From NCBI GenBank assembly GCA_018304175.1, contig JAGVWT010000003.1, forward strand, positions 1 to 64,000: 64,000 bases of DNA, in the 5' to 3' direction. The position numbers and the translations under genes were made by a program. Origin of the DNA: Candidatus Pacearchaeota archaeon. GTDB taxonomy: Archaea > Nanobdellota > Nanobdellia > Pacearchaeales > GW2011-AR1. Under the pieces are notes generated by a model that did not search any database, was not told the origin of the DNA, and worked only from the letters and a program-made list of their open reading frames with translations. Each line of letters opens with the position of its first letter. Position 1 is the stretch's first letter. Below, piece by piece: positions 55,159-64,000 of this stretch.

Positions 55159-55545
55159 ATGAATTCGCTTAGATTTGCCGTATTGAGGCATACTAATCAT
55201 CCAGAAAGTCCAGATCATTATGATATTGTTTTAGAAGAATCTCTAGGTCAAGATCCAGAACAAGTTGTATTAATGAAGTTTGAAACAATCGCAGAACTTA
55301 ATCAATCTGGATTGGCTATAAAATATGGGGGTAAGGTTAAAAGGAGATATTTGCAATATGAAGGGCCAATGAATGGGAATATGGGTGATGTGAGAAGAGT
55401 TGACGAAGGAACTTATAGAATTAATGAATCTTATGTAGAGTTTAATGGAAATATACTCAATGGAATTTATTTATATCAAACTGAAGAAAAAATAAATTTA
55501 ACTGATATTGAGCGGGCTTCTATTTTAAGAAAAGAATCCAAATAA
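55159..55545 (+). CDS. LigD 3'-phosphoesterase (LigD_N)-like standalone domain
   Basis: FAVLRH....HYDIVLE and YL.YEGPM.G..G.V...DEGTY resemble the LigD PE signature. Confidence 0.6.
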   Translation: MNSLRFAVLRHTNHPESPDHYDIVLEESLGQDPEQVVLMKFETIAELNQSGLAIKYGGKVKRRYLQYEGPMNGNMGDVRRVDEGTYRINESYVEFNGNILNGIYLYQTEEKINLTDIERASILRKESK

Positions 55546-55549
55546 AAAA

Positions 55550-56107
<558 letters not shown>

Positions 56108-56159
56108 TTTAATAACTGGTATTTATAAAGGAAGTGGCTTTATAAAGGCTTCGAGAGAT

Positions 56160-56663
56160 TTATTTTTTCTTCTTCACACGTTTGAATAAATGAGATAATT
56201 CTTTTCCCATCTTGAATGTGATGTTATAATTTAAGACAAACAAGACGAGCCCCACAAAAATAGATACAAACCATCTTCCAAGTAAATAATTAAGTTCAAG
56301 TTTCTCAACAGCAACCGCTAGCAAAGATACTGTCAAAAAAATTCCCAAAATGCCAAAAAAGATGAAATACACATATCCTTTAAACACATGCGATTTTGAT
56401 TCTTTAAACCCCCAATTTCTTTGAATAAAGTAGTTTGTTGAATGTGCTATTACGTATGTAGTTCCAGCAGCTAAGAGATAATATATTCCTAAAAATTCCA
56501 CTAAAATGAATAACAAAACTATGTCAAGAACAAGAGTAAGCCCACCAGCTACCCCATATCTTGTCAAGCGAGTTATGTAAATGGGCGACCTTCCTCCTAA
56601 AGAAGTAATTAAATTTACTGGTTCCATAAATTTTTTCATTAGTAAATTAAATATGAATGTCAT
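56160..56663 (-). CDS. GtrA-family membrane protein
   Basis: RYGVAGG...D, NYFIQRNWGF, four TM segments. Confidence 0.85.
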   Translation of the reverse strand: MTFIFNLLMKKFMEPVNLITSLGGRSPIYITRLTRYGVAGGLTLVLDIVLLFILVEFLGIYYLLAAGTTYVIAHSTNYFIQRNWGFKESKSHVFKGYVYFIFFGILGIFLTVSLLAVAVEKLELNYLLGRWFVSIFVGLVLFVLNYNITFKMGKELSHLFKRVKKKK

Positions 56664-56671
56664 GAGAAGTT

Positions 56672-58393
56672 TTAACTATATTTGAAATCCTTCTTTTGAT
56701 TTTCATAATCTTTTTTGATTTCATTCAGCGTTGTAATTTCTGAAAGAGGTTTGTCTTCTCTTAAAGCTGTGAATCTTGGAAACCTTAATGCAAAACCAGA
56801 ATTGTAGTTTGGAGATTTCTGAACTTCTTGGTAAGTCACAGCGACGACTACTTTTGGCTTTACTTCAACAGTTTTTCCGTGTTCTTTTGTAATTAAAGGC
56901 TTAAGCATTTCCGTTAACTCATGGAAAGAAGTTCCTATTTTTTCCTCTTGCTCTTCAAATTTTTCTTTTATTCCTGTTCCTACTTTTCCGATTTCTAGAA
57001 ACTCACCATCTTTTTCTCCCAAGCATGAAAGGATGAAGCTCGACATCCATCCACTTCTCTTTCCAGTTCCATATTCAGCGCCGGTTATAACTAAATCATA
57101 ATCTCTCAATTCTTCTTTTAACTTCAGCATGAAACCGACACGACTTCCTGGTTTGTAAGGAGCTTTCAAATTTTTTAGAATCAAACCTTCCTGGTTGTCT
57201 TTTATTGCTTTATTGTAAAAATCTCTGACTTCTTTTTCACTGTCTGTTATTTTCTGGTCAGCAGTTGTTATTTTATATCTTTCATTTTTTACGATCTTTT
57301 TTAATATCTCTGTTCTTTTTTCAAAAGGTTCTTTAATAATATTTTTTCCATTCAAATATACAATGTCAAAAGCTTTCACTTCAACAGGAAGTTCTTTTAC
57401 AAGCCTTTCTACATGATATTTTCTTTTTATTCTCTGTGAAATTGCCTGGAATGGAACATATTTTTTTGTCTTGGGATTGTAACCAATTACTTCAGCGTCA
57501 ACAATGAATGAATTCCCATTTATGTGTTTTTTTATTACATCAACAATGTCTGGAAATTGATTAGTTACATTTTCCAGTCTTCTAGTGTATAAAGTTATAT
57601 TTCCGTCTTTTTTATTTATCATCATTCTAAATCCGTCGTATTTGAACTCAGCAGCGAGAGGTTTTCCTGCTTTTTCAAATGCATCTTTTATTGTGTTTGC
57701 TTTCTGAGCCAACATGACTTTTATCGGCTTGCCTGCTTTTAGTTCTATAGAAAATCTTTTTCCTTTTTTTGCAAGTTCAAATACTAATGCTAAATCAGGA
57801 TTCATGTCATAAGCATTTTGAATTTCCTCTATAGCATTTTTCTTTTCTTCTTCCTTGAAAAATGCTTTTGCAATAGCGTTTCTAACGGTGCTCGACTTCA
57901 ATCCGATTCTTAAATCTCCAATTACAATTCTAATCAAGTAGAGTGCTTCTAGAGGCGAAGCAGAAGTCAGCAATTCAGTTATAAGCGAGATTTTTTTTTC
58001 AACAGTTCCTTTTCCTTCCATCTCGGGGAGTTTTCTCAAATTTGAAATAACTTTTTCAGTTGTCAAGTTACTTTGAGAAAGAGTTGATTGCCTTTTTTGT
58101 TTTTTTAATTTTTCAGCTACTTTTCCCAAATCACCTAAAGATTTCCATTCATTCACAACTTCGCTGTTTGTTACTCCGGTTGATTTGGCAATCGCCTTTA
58201 TTGCTAGCTGACTTGAAATTCCAATTTTCTTTTCATCATGTTCAGGGTAAATATCTCCGAGCAACAAATATAAAATATCTCTATCTGATTCGCCAATTTC
58301 TTTTAGGAATTTTGATAGAATTTCAATTTTTTCCAAACGTTTGGTAGTTGAAGATAATTCATCATAAATTTCAGCGAGCTTTTTGTATTTCAT
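56672..58393 (-). CDS. lig: ATP-dependent DNA ligase
   Basis: PIKVMLAQ, EFKYDGFR, EGLILK, PGSR...KLK, LRFPRF..LREDK. Confidence 0.97.
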   Translation of the reverse strand: MKYKKLAEIYDELSSTTKRLEKIEILSKFLKEIGESDRDILYLLLGDIYPEHDEKKIGISSQLAIKAIAKSTGVTNSEVVNEWKSLGDLGKVAEKLKKQKRQSTLSQSNLTTEKVISNLRKLPEMEGKGTVEKKISLITELLTSASPLEALYLIRIVIGDLRIGLKSSTVRNAIAKAFFKEEEKKNAIEEIQNAYDMNPDLALVFELAKKGKRFSIELKAGKPIKVMLAQKANTIKDAFEKAGKPLAAEFKYDGFRMMINKKDGNITLYTRRLENVTNQFPDIVDVIKKHINGNSFIVDAEVIGYNPKTKKYVPFQAISQRIKRKYHVERLVKELPVEVKAFDIVYLNGKNIIKEPFEKRTEILKKIVKNERYKITTADQKITDSEKEVRDFYNKAIKDNQEGLILKNLKAPYKPGSRVGFMLKLKEELRDYDLVITGAEYGTGKRSGWMSSFILSCLGEKDGEFLEIGKVGTGIKEKFEEQEEKIGTSFHELTEMLKPLITKEHGKTVEVKPKVVVAVTYQEVQKSPNYNSGFALRFPRFTALREDKPLSEITTLNEIKKDYENQKKDFKYS

Positions 58394-58394
58394 G

Positions 58395-58655
58395 TTAAGA
58401 CATCCGTGGTTTTTTTACACTTACTTTTCCTTTATTCATTTGTAATATTAAATCGTATACAGCAACTAACACAAAAACTATCTGTAGGGTTATGAATATG
58501 GCATCTTTTATGTAGAAACTGTATGCTATTAATGATGTTCCCCCAATAATGTATAATATGTCTCTTATTTTCCTGTCTTTCTTTTTTATTAAAACACCAG
58601 CGATAATTAACAATAATCCAACAATTCCTGAGAAGTAAAAAATATTTATGGCCAT
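58395..58655 (-). CDS. Small three-TM membrane protein
   Basis: Hydrophobic 86-aa ORF, FI.LQ motif. Confidence 0.7.
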   Translation of the reverse strand: MAINIFYFSGIVGLLLIIAGVLIKKKDRKIRDILYIIGGTSLIAYSFYIKDAIFITLQIVFVLVAVYDLILQMNKGKVSVKKPRMS

Positions 58656-58689
58656 CTACTTCCTAAGAAGAAGATATTTTTAAGTTTGT

Positions 58690-59262
58690 TTATTTTCCTT
58701 TGTTCTTGTTTGCTCTTGCGCTTGGACGGACTTTCAAGTTTGGAGATTTGCTTCTTAATCCACGGGATTTTTTTCCTGCGCTAGTCAAACCTCTGAAAAC
58801 ACGCCCTTTGTTTCTGGGTTTTGAAATCCATGAAATTGTAGAATCGTTTTTTATTTCCGGAGCATTTGGATTTACAAGAATCACTTCGTAGAAATAATGA
58901 AATCCATCTTTTCCAATTAAGTATGAGTTTAGGACTTCGAAGTCCATGAATTTTTGGGCTGCTCTTTGTTCTGCAATCCAGCGGTAATTCATCTTTAGAT
59001 TTTTTCTAGTGTGCAATCTTTTACCTCTGCGTCCTTTATTTGGTCTGGAACGCTTGTGGCCTCCGCGTCTTAAACGGACTCTTACAACTACAAATCCTGT
59101 TTTGTCTTTGTAGCCGAGGTTTCTAGCACGGTCAATTCTTAATGGCTTGTCAATTTCTTTCACTGCATTGTCTTTACGCCATTGAATCATTCTTTCCCTC
59201 AAGACTTTTCTATCTGGAGATTTCCATGCTTCTTTCATATAGTGATACATTCCGTGTGCCAT
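58690..59262 (-). CDS. rpl15e: 50S ribosomal protein L15e
   Basis: RIDRARNLGYK, RVRLRRGG, WIAEQRA, YEVILV, RVFRGLTSAG. Confidence 0.96.
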   Translation of the reverse strand: MAHGMYHYMKEAWKSPDRKVLRERMIQWRKDNAVKEIDKPLRIDRARNLGYKDKTGFVVVRVRLRRGGHKRSRPNKGRRGKRLHTRKNLKMNYRWIAEQRAAQKFMDFEVLNSYLIGKDGFHYFYEVILVNPNAPEIKNDSTISWISKPRNKGRVFRGLTSAGKKSRGLRSKSPNLKVRPSARANKNKGK

Positions 59263-59346
59263 GTTAAGAATAGAAAAAATTCATTTTTAAACTTTCTTAA
59301 TTTTATTTTTGGATAATTATTTATACCTAAACTTACAAATATTTAA

Positions 59347-60039
59347 ATGCAGCCAAAAAAAAGGTTGGACGATACGGTCTCTTATCTGAAGAAAAAGAGA
59401 AATGTTTTGCTTTTAACAACTTCTAATAGGTGGGCTGGAAATCATGAAATTCCAAAAAGTTCCCAACTTGCCTATTACATAAACAAAAAACTTGGAAAAA
59501 AATCAAAAATTATTGAAGTTGCGACATTAAAAATTTATATGTGTGAGGGTAATGTTTCTACTTCTAAAGGTAATAATTGTGGTGTTAAAGACGCTGTTTT
59601 GAAAGATAAGAAAAAAAATCCGTCTGGTTGTCATCGGTGTTATGCATCAATAAATAATAAAGATGATGAACTCTGGAAAATTTCTAAAGAGTTATTGTCT
59701 TCTGATGCTGTTTTGTTTTTTGGTTCTATAAGGTGGGGTCAGGCGAATGCGATTTATCAAAAACTTATAGAAAGACTTACATGGCTTGAGAATAGGCACT
59801 CAACACTTAAAGAAGATAATATTTTGGGAAATATTGACGCCGGTGTTATTTTTGTTGGTCAAAATTGGAATGGAGTAAATGTGGTTAAAATACAGAGGAA
59901 AGTGCTTGATTTTTTCGGCTTTAAAACTCCTAAAGTTTTGTCTTGGAATTGGCAGTACACAAAAAATGCGTATGATGAAAGCCAAGATTCTTACATGAAT
60001 TCAATAAAGAAATTCAAGAAAGATTTTAAATTTAATTAG
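59347..60039 (+). CDS. Flavodoxin-like / NAD(P)H-dependent FMN reductase-fold protein
   Basis: LTTS.R...SS.LA, CEG..S..GN.C...C, SDAVLF.GSIRWG...K.IERL. Confidence 0.7.
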   Translation: MQPKKRLDDTVSYLKKKRNVLLLTTSNRWAGNHEIPKSSQLAYYINKKLGKKSKIIEVATLKIYMCEGNVSTSKGNNCGVKDAVLKDKKKNPSGCHRCYASINNKDDELWKISKELLSSDAVLFFGSIRWGQANAIYQKLIERLTWLENRHSTLKEDNILGNIDAGVIFVGQNWNGVNVVKIQRKVLDFFGFKTPKVLSWNWQYTKNAYDESQDSYMNSIKKFKKDFKFN

Positions 60040-60044
60040 ACAAT

Positions 60045-60052
60045 TTTATAAA
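60045..60052 (+). promoter_or_regulatory. TATA box for the tRNA-Ile locus
   Basis: TTTATAAA ending 24 nt before G1 of the partial copy (60076). Confidence 0.65.
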
Positions 60053-60071
60053 TGGATTTGGTTTTGATTTT

Positions 60072-60163
60072 AAGCGAGCCTGTAGCTCATGAGGGGCATA
60101 TCCCCTTACAATAACCCCTATCGTTAAAACCGATTGGTCGCTACAGTCTTGAACAGAAAAATG
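60072..60163 (+). repeat. Duplicated tRNA-Ile 5' end (18 bp) plus 74-nt insert
   Basis: aagcgagcctgtagctca at 60072-60089 is identical to 60164-60181; insert related to both tRNA-Arg inserts. Confidence 0.9.
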
Positions 60164-60167
60164 AAGC

Positions 60168-60242
60168 GAGCCTGTAGCTCAGCCCGGTTAGAGCACTGCT
60201 CTGATAAGGCAGGGGTCCGAGGTTCAAATCCTCGCAGGCTCA
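60168..60242 (+). tRNA. tRNA-Ile(GAT)
   Basis: gagcctg/caggctc, ctgct-CTGATAA-ggcag, TTCAAAT, A73; no intron. Confidence 0.94.
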
Positions 60243-60248
60243 TTTACC

Positions 60249-60899
60249 TTATTCCTTGCTATCAAGTTCAAGAACAAGTTTTCCCTCTGAAAGTTCGTAA
60301 TCAATTACGGGAAGGTTGATTGGAATTATTTTGTAATATGCTTTGCCTTTCGTCACGGCTTTTATTTCAAGACTGTTTTCTAATTGAATAATAGATATAT
60401 CTTCTATTGATTTTACACCAGGAACAACTACTTCATAAACAATTTTATCTGAAAATCTTCTTACGTTAGTTTTTGGTTCTTTTCTTGGAAGCGCCGAAAA
60501 GTTTTTCAAGATGTTGTTAGGAAGGTCTTTTATTTCTTTTTCTTCTATTTGATTTTTGTTGTTTGATAGCTCTCTTGGTTCTATTTTTCTTCCATTTATG
60601 TAAAGTCTGTATTCTGTTTTTGGACCTTTGTTTACGGGGTTTTTTTTAATTTCTTTTCTCATTTCTTTTTCCAGAATTTTCATTGCACTTTCAAACATTT
60701 TGTTTATCATCCTCCCGCTAATTCCTCCTAATATTGGAGAATTATAATCCTCAAATTCATTCAAGAAATCATCATCTCCTAAAAGGCCATCGTTTTTTGA
60801 TTTTTTCTTCTCTTTCAAATACTCTCCGCAAGTAGGGCAGAAGCTATATTTTCTATCAAGTTTCTCACCACAGTTTTTGCATTCATTTCTTTTGAACAT
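60249..60899 (-). CDS. Zinc-ribbon plus Hsp20/alpha-crystallin-like domain protein
   Basis: CKNC...FCPTC N-terminus; YEVVVPGVK..EDI...LEIKA...YYK.I....GKLVLEL. Confidence 0.75.
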   Translation of the reverse strand: MFKRNECKNCGEKLDRKYSFCPTCGEYLKEKKKSKNDGLLGDDDFLNEFEDYNSPILGGISGRMINKMFESAMKILEKEMRKEIKKNPVNKGPKTEYRLYINGRKIEPRELSNNKNQIEEKEIKDLPNNILKNFSALPRKEPKTNVRRFSDKIVYEVVVPGVKSIEDISIIQLENSLEIKAVTKGKAYYKIIPINLPVIDYELSEGKLVLELDSKE

Positions 60900-60978
60900 T
60901 ATTAATAAAAATCATTTTTATTTAAATAGTTTGTTGTGCTACCATTAAGTTTTTATATACTATATATTCAATAAAAAT

Positions 60979-61461
60979 ATGAAGCTGAACCTGAAAGATT
61001 ACGCTGTTAATATAATCACTCATAAATTCCTAACAAGTGTTACGGGAAAAATAAGTGACAGAGCAAAAAGAAAGTTTGAAAAATATGGGCAGGAAGCTGC
61101 CGAAAGGTTGAAGGTTAAAGAGGCTTTGAAAGATTCTAATTTAATTCTGAGATTGGGTTGGAGTGATGAGGCTGTATCTTATGTTAGAAAAATAACTTTA
61201 GCATTAGAAGAATTTAAGCAAGTGAATCCTAAAGCTTATACACAATTTGAAAGGATAAGGGGGAAGCATAAAGATGTTAGGAGGGCTTATATTGAATTCG
61301 GAGGAGAAGTTCCTGATTCTTATTACATAAAAGTCATTAAAGATATCATTCCGGGGATTAATGATAAAGATGCCGTTGTTTTTTATAACAGGCTAAAATC
61401 TGCTGACAAAATTCTAACGAAGAAAGGCAGAGGGATTCAGAGACTTCTGCTTCCAGAATGA
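60979..61461 (+). CDS. Hypothetical protein
   Basis: ORF with upstream TATA; no motif. Confidence 0.65.
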   Translation: MKLNLKDYAVNIITHKFLTSVTGKISDRAKRKFEKYGQEAAERLKVKEALKDSNLILRLGWSDEAVSYVRKITLALEEFKQVNPKAYTQFERIRGKHKDVRRAYIEFGGEVPDSYYIKVIKDIIPGINDKDAVVFYNRLKSADKILTKKGRGIQRLLLPE

Positions 61462-61494
61462 TAGTTTTTTATATCTAATTTCTTAATTTTTTAC

Positions 61495-63030
61495 ATGACA
61501 AAAAATTTTTATGTTACGACGGCGATAGACTATGTTAATGCGAGACCTCATATAGGGCATGCATTCGAGAAAGTTTTAGCTGACGCTCTAGTTCGATGGC
61601 ACAAGGCAAAAGGAGAAAAGACTTGGTTTTTAACTGGCACTGATGAAAACGCTCAAAAAAATGCACGAGCCGCGAAAGAACAAGGTATTCCTGTGAAAAA
61701 ATTTGTTGACTCTAATTCCAAGATTTTTGTAGAATTGTGTAAAAAACTTAATGTTGATTATGACAGATTTATCAAGACGACTGAAAAAGAACATAAATTG
61801 AATTCACAGAAAATTTTCAAGGAAATTTATGACAATGGGGATATATACAAAGGAGAATATGAGGGGCTTTATTGTGTTGGTTGTGAAGCCTTCAAAACAG
61901 AGAAAGATTTAATTGATGGAAAGTGTCCTGAGCATGATATAAAACCCGAGTGGATATCTGAGGAAGCTTATTTTTTTAAGTTGAGCAAATACAAAGATAA
62001 ATTGCTGAAGTTTATTGATTCTTACATAATTCCTGAGCAGAGAAAAAATGAAATTGTTTCGAGACTGAAAAACGAACCTTTGAAGGATTTGTGTGTTTCA
62101 AGAACAAATTTGGACTGGGGAATTGATTCTCCAATAGACAAAAATTTCAAAATTTATGTTTGGTTTGATGCTTTAATTAATTACATTTCTGGCGCTGAAG
62201 GAAATTGGCCTGTTGATGTTCATGTTATTGGGAAGGGAATAAACTGGTTTCATTCTGTGATTTGGCCTTCAATCCTAATTTCTGCTGATTATGATTTGCC
62301 AAAAAAACTTTTAGTTCATGGTTATTTGAATTTTCAGGGAAAAAAGATTTCAAAATCACTTGGAAATGTGATAGACCCGATTGAACTTGTGAATAAATAT
62401 GGGAGCGATAGTGTGAGATATTCATTGCTAAGATGCAGTGTTTTTGATGATTCAGATTTTTCAGAAGAGCTCTTGAAGAAAAGAAATAATGAACTTGCGG
62501 ACAAGTTGGGAAATTTAATCTTAAGAATAAGTGCGCTGGCGGAAAAATATGGAATTACAAAGCCGGTTATTACACTGACTTTGGATGATGAACGAAAAAG
62601 ATTATTAAGAGGAAGTAAGTTAAAGATAGAGGTTTTAGATAAGAAAAAAAATGAGTATATTCTAAGACCAAAAGAAGGGGAGGGGTTAAAAATAGAATTT
62701 GGAGAAGTATTCCCTCTTATTTTATCATATCCTTCACAATTTCTTGAAGCTACTATATCACTTATTGAAAAATATTTAGATAATTACGAGTTTGATAAGG
62801 CATTAGACGAAATTTTTAAATTTATTGATTTCTGTAATGGTTATACCCAAGAAATAAGGGTTTGGGAACATACTGAGGCGGATAGAAAGATATTATATCA
62901 ATTAATTGAATCAATCAGAAAAATAAATCCTTATCTGGGAATTTTCATTCCTGAAACGGCGAAAAAAATTGAGAGAATTTTCAAAACAGACAAAATTAAA
63001 AAATCAGAAGTTTTGTTTAAGAAAATATGA
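61495..63030 (+). CDS. metG: Methionine--tRNA ligase with ~60-aa insertion in the anticodon-binding domain
   Basis: YVNARPHIGH, GTDENAQK, YCVGCE, YVWFDALINY, KISKSLGN. Confidence 0.95.
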   Translation: MTKNFYVTTAIDYVNARPHIGHAFEKVLADALVRWHKAKGEKTWFLTGTDENAQKNARAAKEQGIPVKKFVDSNSKIFVELCKKLNVDYDRFIKTTEKEHKLNSQKIFKEIYDNGDIYKGEYEGLYCVGCEAFKTEKDLIDGKCPEHDIKPEWISEEAYFFKLSKYKDKLLKFIDSYIIPEQRKNEIVSRLKNEPLKDLCVSRTNLDWGIDSPIDKNFKIYVWFDALINYISGAEGNWPVDVHVIGKGINWFHSVIWPSILISADYDLPKKLLVHGYLNFQGKKISKSLGNVIDPIELVNKYGSDSVRYSLLRCSVFDDSDFSEELLKKRNNELADKLGNLILRISALAEKYGITKPVITLTLDDERKRLLRGSKLKIEVLDKKKNEYILRPKEGEGLKIEFGEVFPLILSYPSQFLEATISLIEKYLDNYEFDKALDEIFKFIDFCNGYTQEIRVWEHTEADRKILYQLIESIRKINPYLGIFIPETAKKIERIFKTDKIKKSEVLFKKI

Positions 63031-63128
63031 AACCTCCAATAAATTTTTCAGATTGGGAAAAGCTTGATGTTAGAGTTGGTAAAATTGTAAAAGTTGAAGA
63101 TATTGAAATTGGAAGCAGGGTTAATTGA
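63027..63128 (+). pseudogene. Truncated Trbp111/CsaA-like tRNA-binding domain
   Basis: ATGA-coupled to metG; MKPPINFSDWEKLDVRVGKIVKVEDI then diverges and stops after 33 aa. Confidence 0.75.
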
Positions 63129-63282
63129 ATTGCTTCACTAACATTTGATTATTCCCACCCAAAAATTCGCTTCGCGAAAAGCCCATCCAAAGATTATTAA
63201 CATAAAAGAAAATTTTTTTGTTATCTATTAAAAAAGACTTGAGTGACTTTGGAGCGAAAACAAATACCTACAACGAAAAAAG

Positions 63283-64000
63283 TTAAACAATCAAACCCAA
63301 TTTTCTGAGAAGTCTCCGGAGCATTCTTTCTTTGTCTTTTTCAGAATCATAGTTTTCATCTATTATTCTTGCTGCGATTTCCTTGTAAGCGCGCGCCGCA
63401 TTGCTTTTTGGATGACTGTAAACCACTGGATTTTTTAAGTTCAACGCGCGTGAAACATCCAAATCATGCGGAATCATTCCTAATATAGGGACTTCAAGCA
63501 TTTCTTTGACTGCTTCAGGACTCATCTCTATATTATCTTTACGAACCTTTGTTATTATCACACCGAGAATTTTCTTTTTCTTTTTTTCCGCGATTTTTAT
63601 TGCTTTCAAAGCATCTGTTATTGCAGGAATTTCTGGATTTGTTACAATAATTAATTCATCAGCAAGATCAAATACAGACAATACTTCATTTCCCAATCCT
63701 GCAGCGCTATCAATTATTACAAAATCAGATATTTTTCTGAAATCTTTTCTGAAATCTTTAATTTTTTCAGGTCTTAATTTTTTAAGTTCATTTATAGAAA
63801 GTGAAGACGGAAGTATTTTCATTCCTGATTCATGCTCGTAAACTGCTTCTTCTAAATCTGCTTTTTCCGCTAAAACATGATTTAAATTTACAGGAACTTC
63901 TGAAGAGCCAAGGTAAACGCCGATGTTCGGTGTGGACAAATTTCCATCGACGACAAGAACATTTTTTTTAAAATAATTCATTGCAGCACCTAGATTTATC
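63283..64000 (-). CDS. minD: MinD-like cell division ATPase (5' end outside window)
   Basis: INLGAAMNY, VVDGNL.TPN, IIDSAAGLG, VTNPEIPAITDA; basic amphipathic C-terminus. Confidence 0.88.
   Translation of the reverse strand, partial: INLGAAMNYFKKNVLVVDGNLSTPNIGVYLGSSEVPVNLNHVLAEKADLEEAVYEHESGMKILPSSLSINELKKLRPEKIKDFRKDFRKISDFVIIDSAAGLGNEVLSVFDLADELIIVTNPEIPAITDALKAIKIAEKKKKKILGVIITKVRKDNIEMSPEAVKEMLEVPILGMIPHDLDVSRALNLKNPVVYSHPKSNAARAYKEIAARIIDENYDSEKDKERMLRRLLRKLGLIV

Noticed and set aside
60134-60319. 61-aa ORF on the + strand
   Set aside because: Overlaps tRNA-Ile and the convergent Hsp20-like gene.

Overview
AT-rich archaeal chromosomal segment. Gene content (TBP, TFE, Alba, MCM, aIF-1A/aIF-2beta, S8e/S17e/L15e, GatDE plus GatCAB, single-domain EndA, intron-containing tRNAs, many bacterial-type enzymes) points to a DPANN archaeon, plausibly Ca. 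Pacearchaeota; this is inferred, not searched. Most of the window is housekeeping: six aminoacyl-tRNA synthetases, a tRNA-amidation cluster, six tRNA genes, a copper-handling operon, ftsZ/minD, and replication/repair genes. No rRNA, CRISPR array, integrase or transposase was seen. Two unannotated features stand out. (1) An apparently leaderless 20-codon ORF (8852-8914, MEARRKIISGENSLALLLLL) ends in five consecutive, all-different Leu codons. Its stop codon overlaps a 10-13 bp hairpin, and it sits directly ahead of a leuA lacking its Leu-feedback domain, followed by leuS. This is the architecture of a leucine-sensing leader-peptide attenuator, in an archaeon. (2) Three related 74-77 nt inserts occur at tRNA ends (both ends of tRNA-Arg(TCT) and the 5' end of tRNA-Ile(GAT)). 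Each is flanked by a 16-25 bp direct duplication of the tRNA end, shares a TTAAACYGATT-like core, and carries a segment antisense to its own target. Also noted: a candidate membrane-tethered copper-sensing regulator with a palindromic operator, a putative structured ncRNA, dispersed MITE-like repeats, unusual synthetase fusions/insertions, a frameshifted VNTR-containing HTH gene, and a probable fold-back artefact at the window start.
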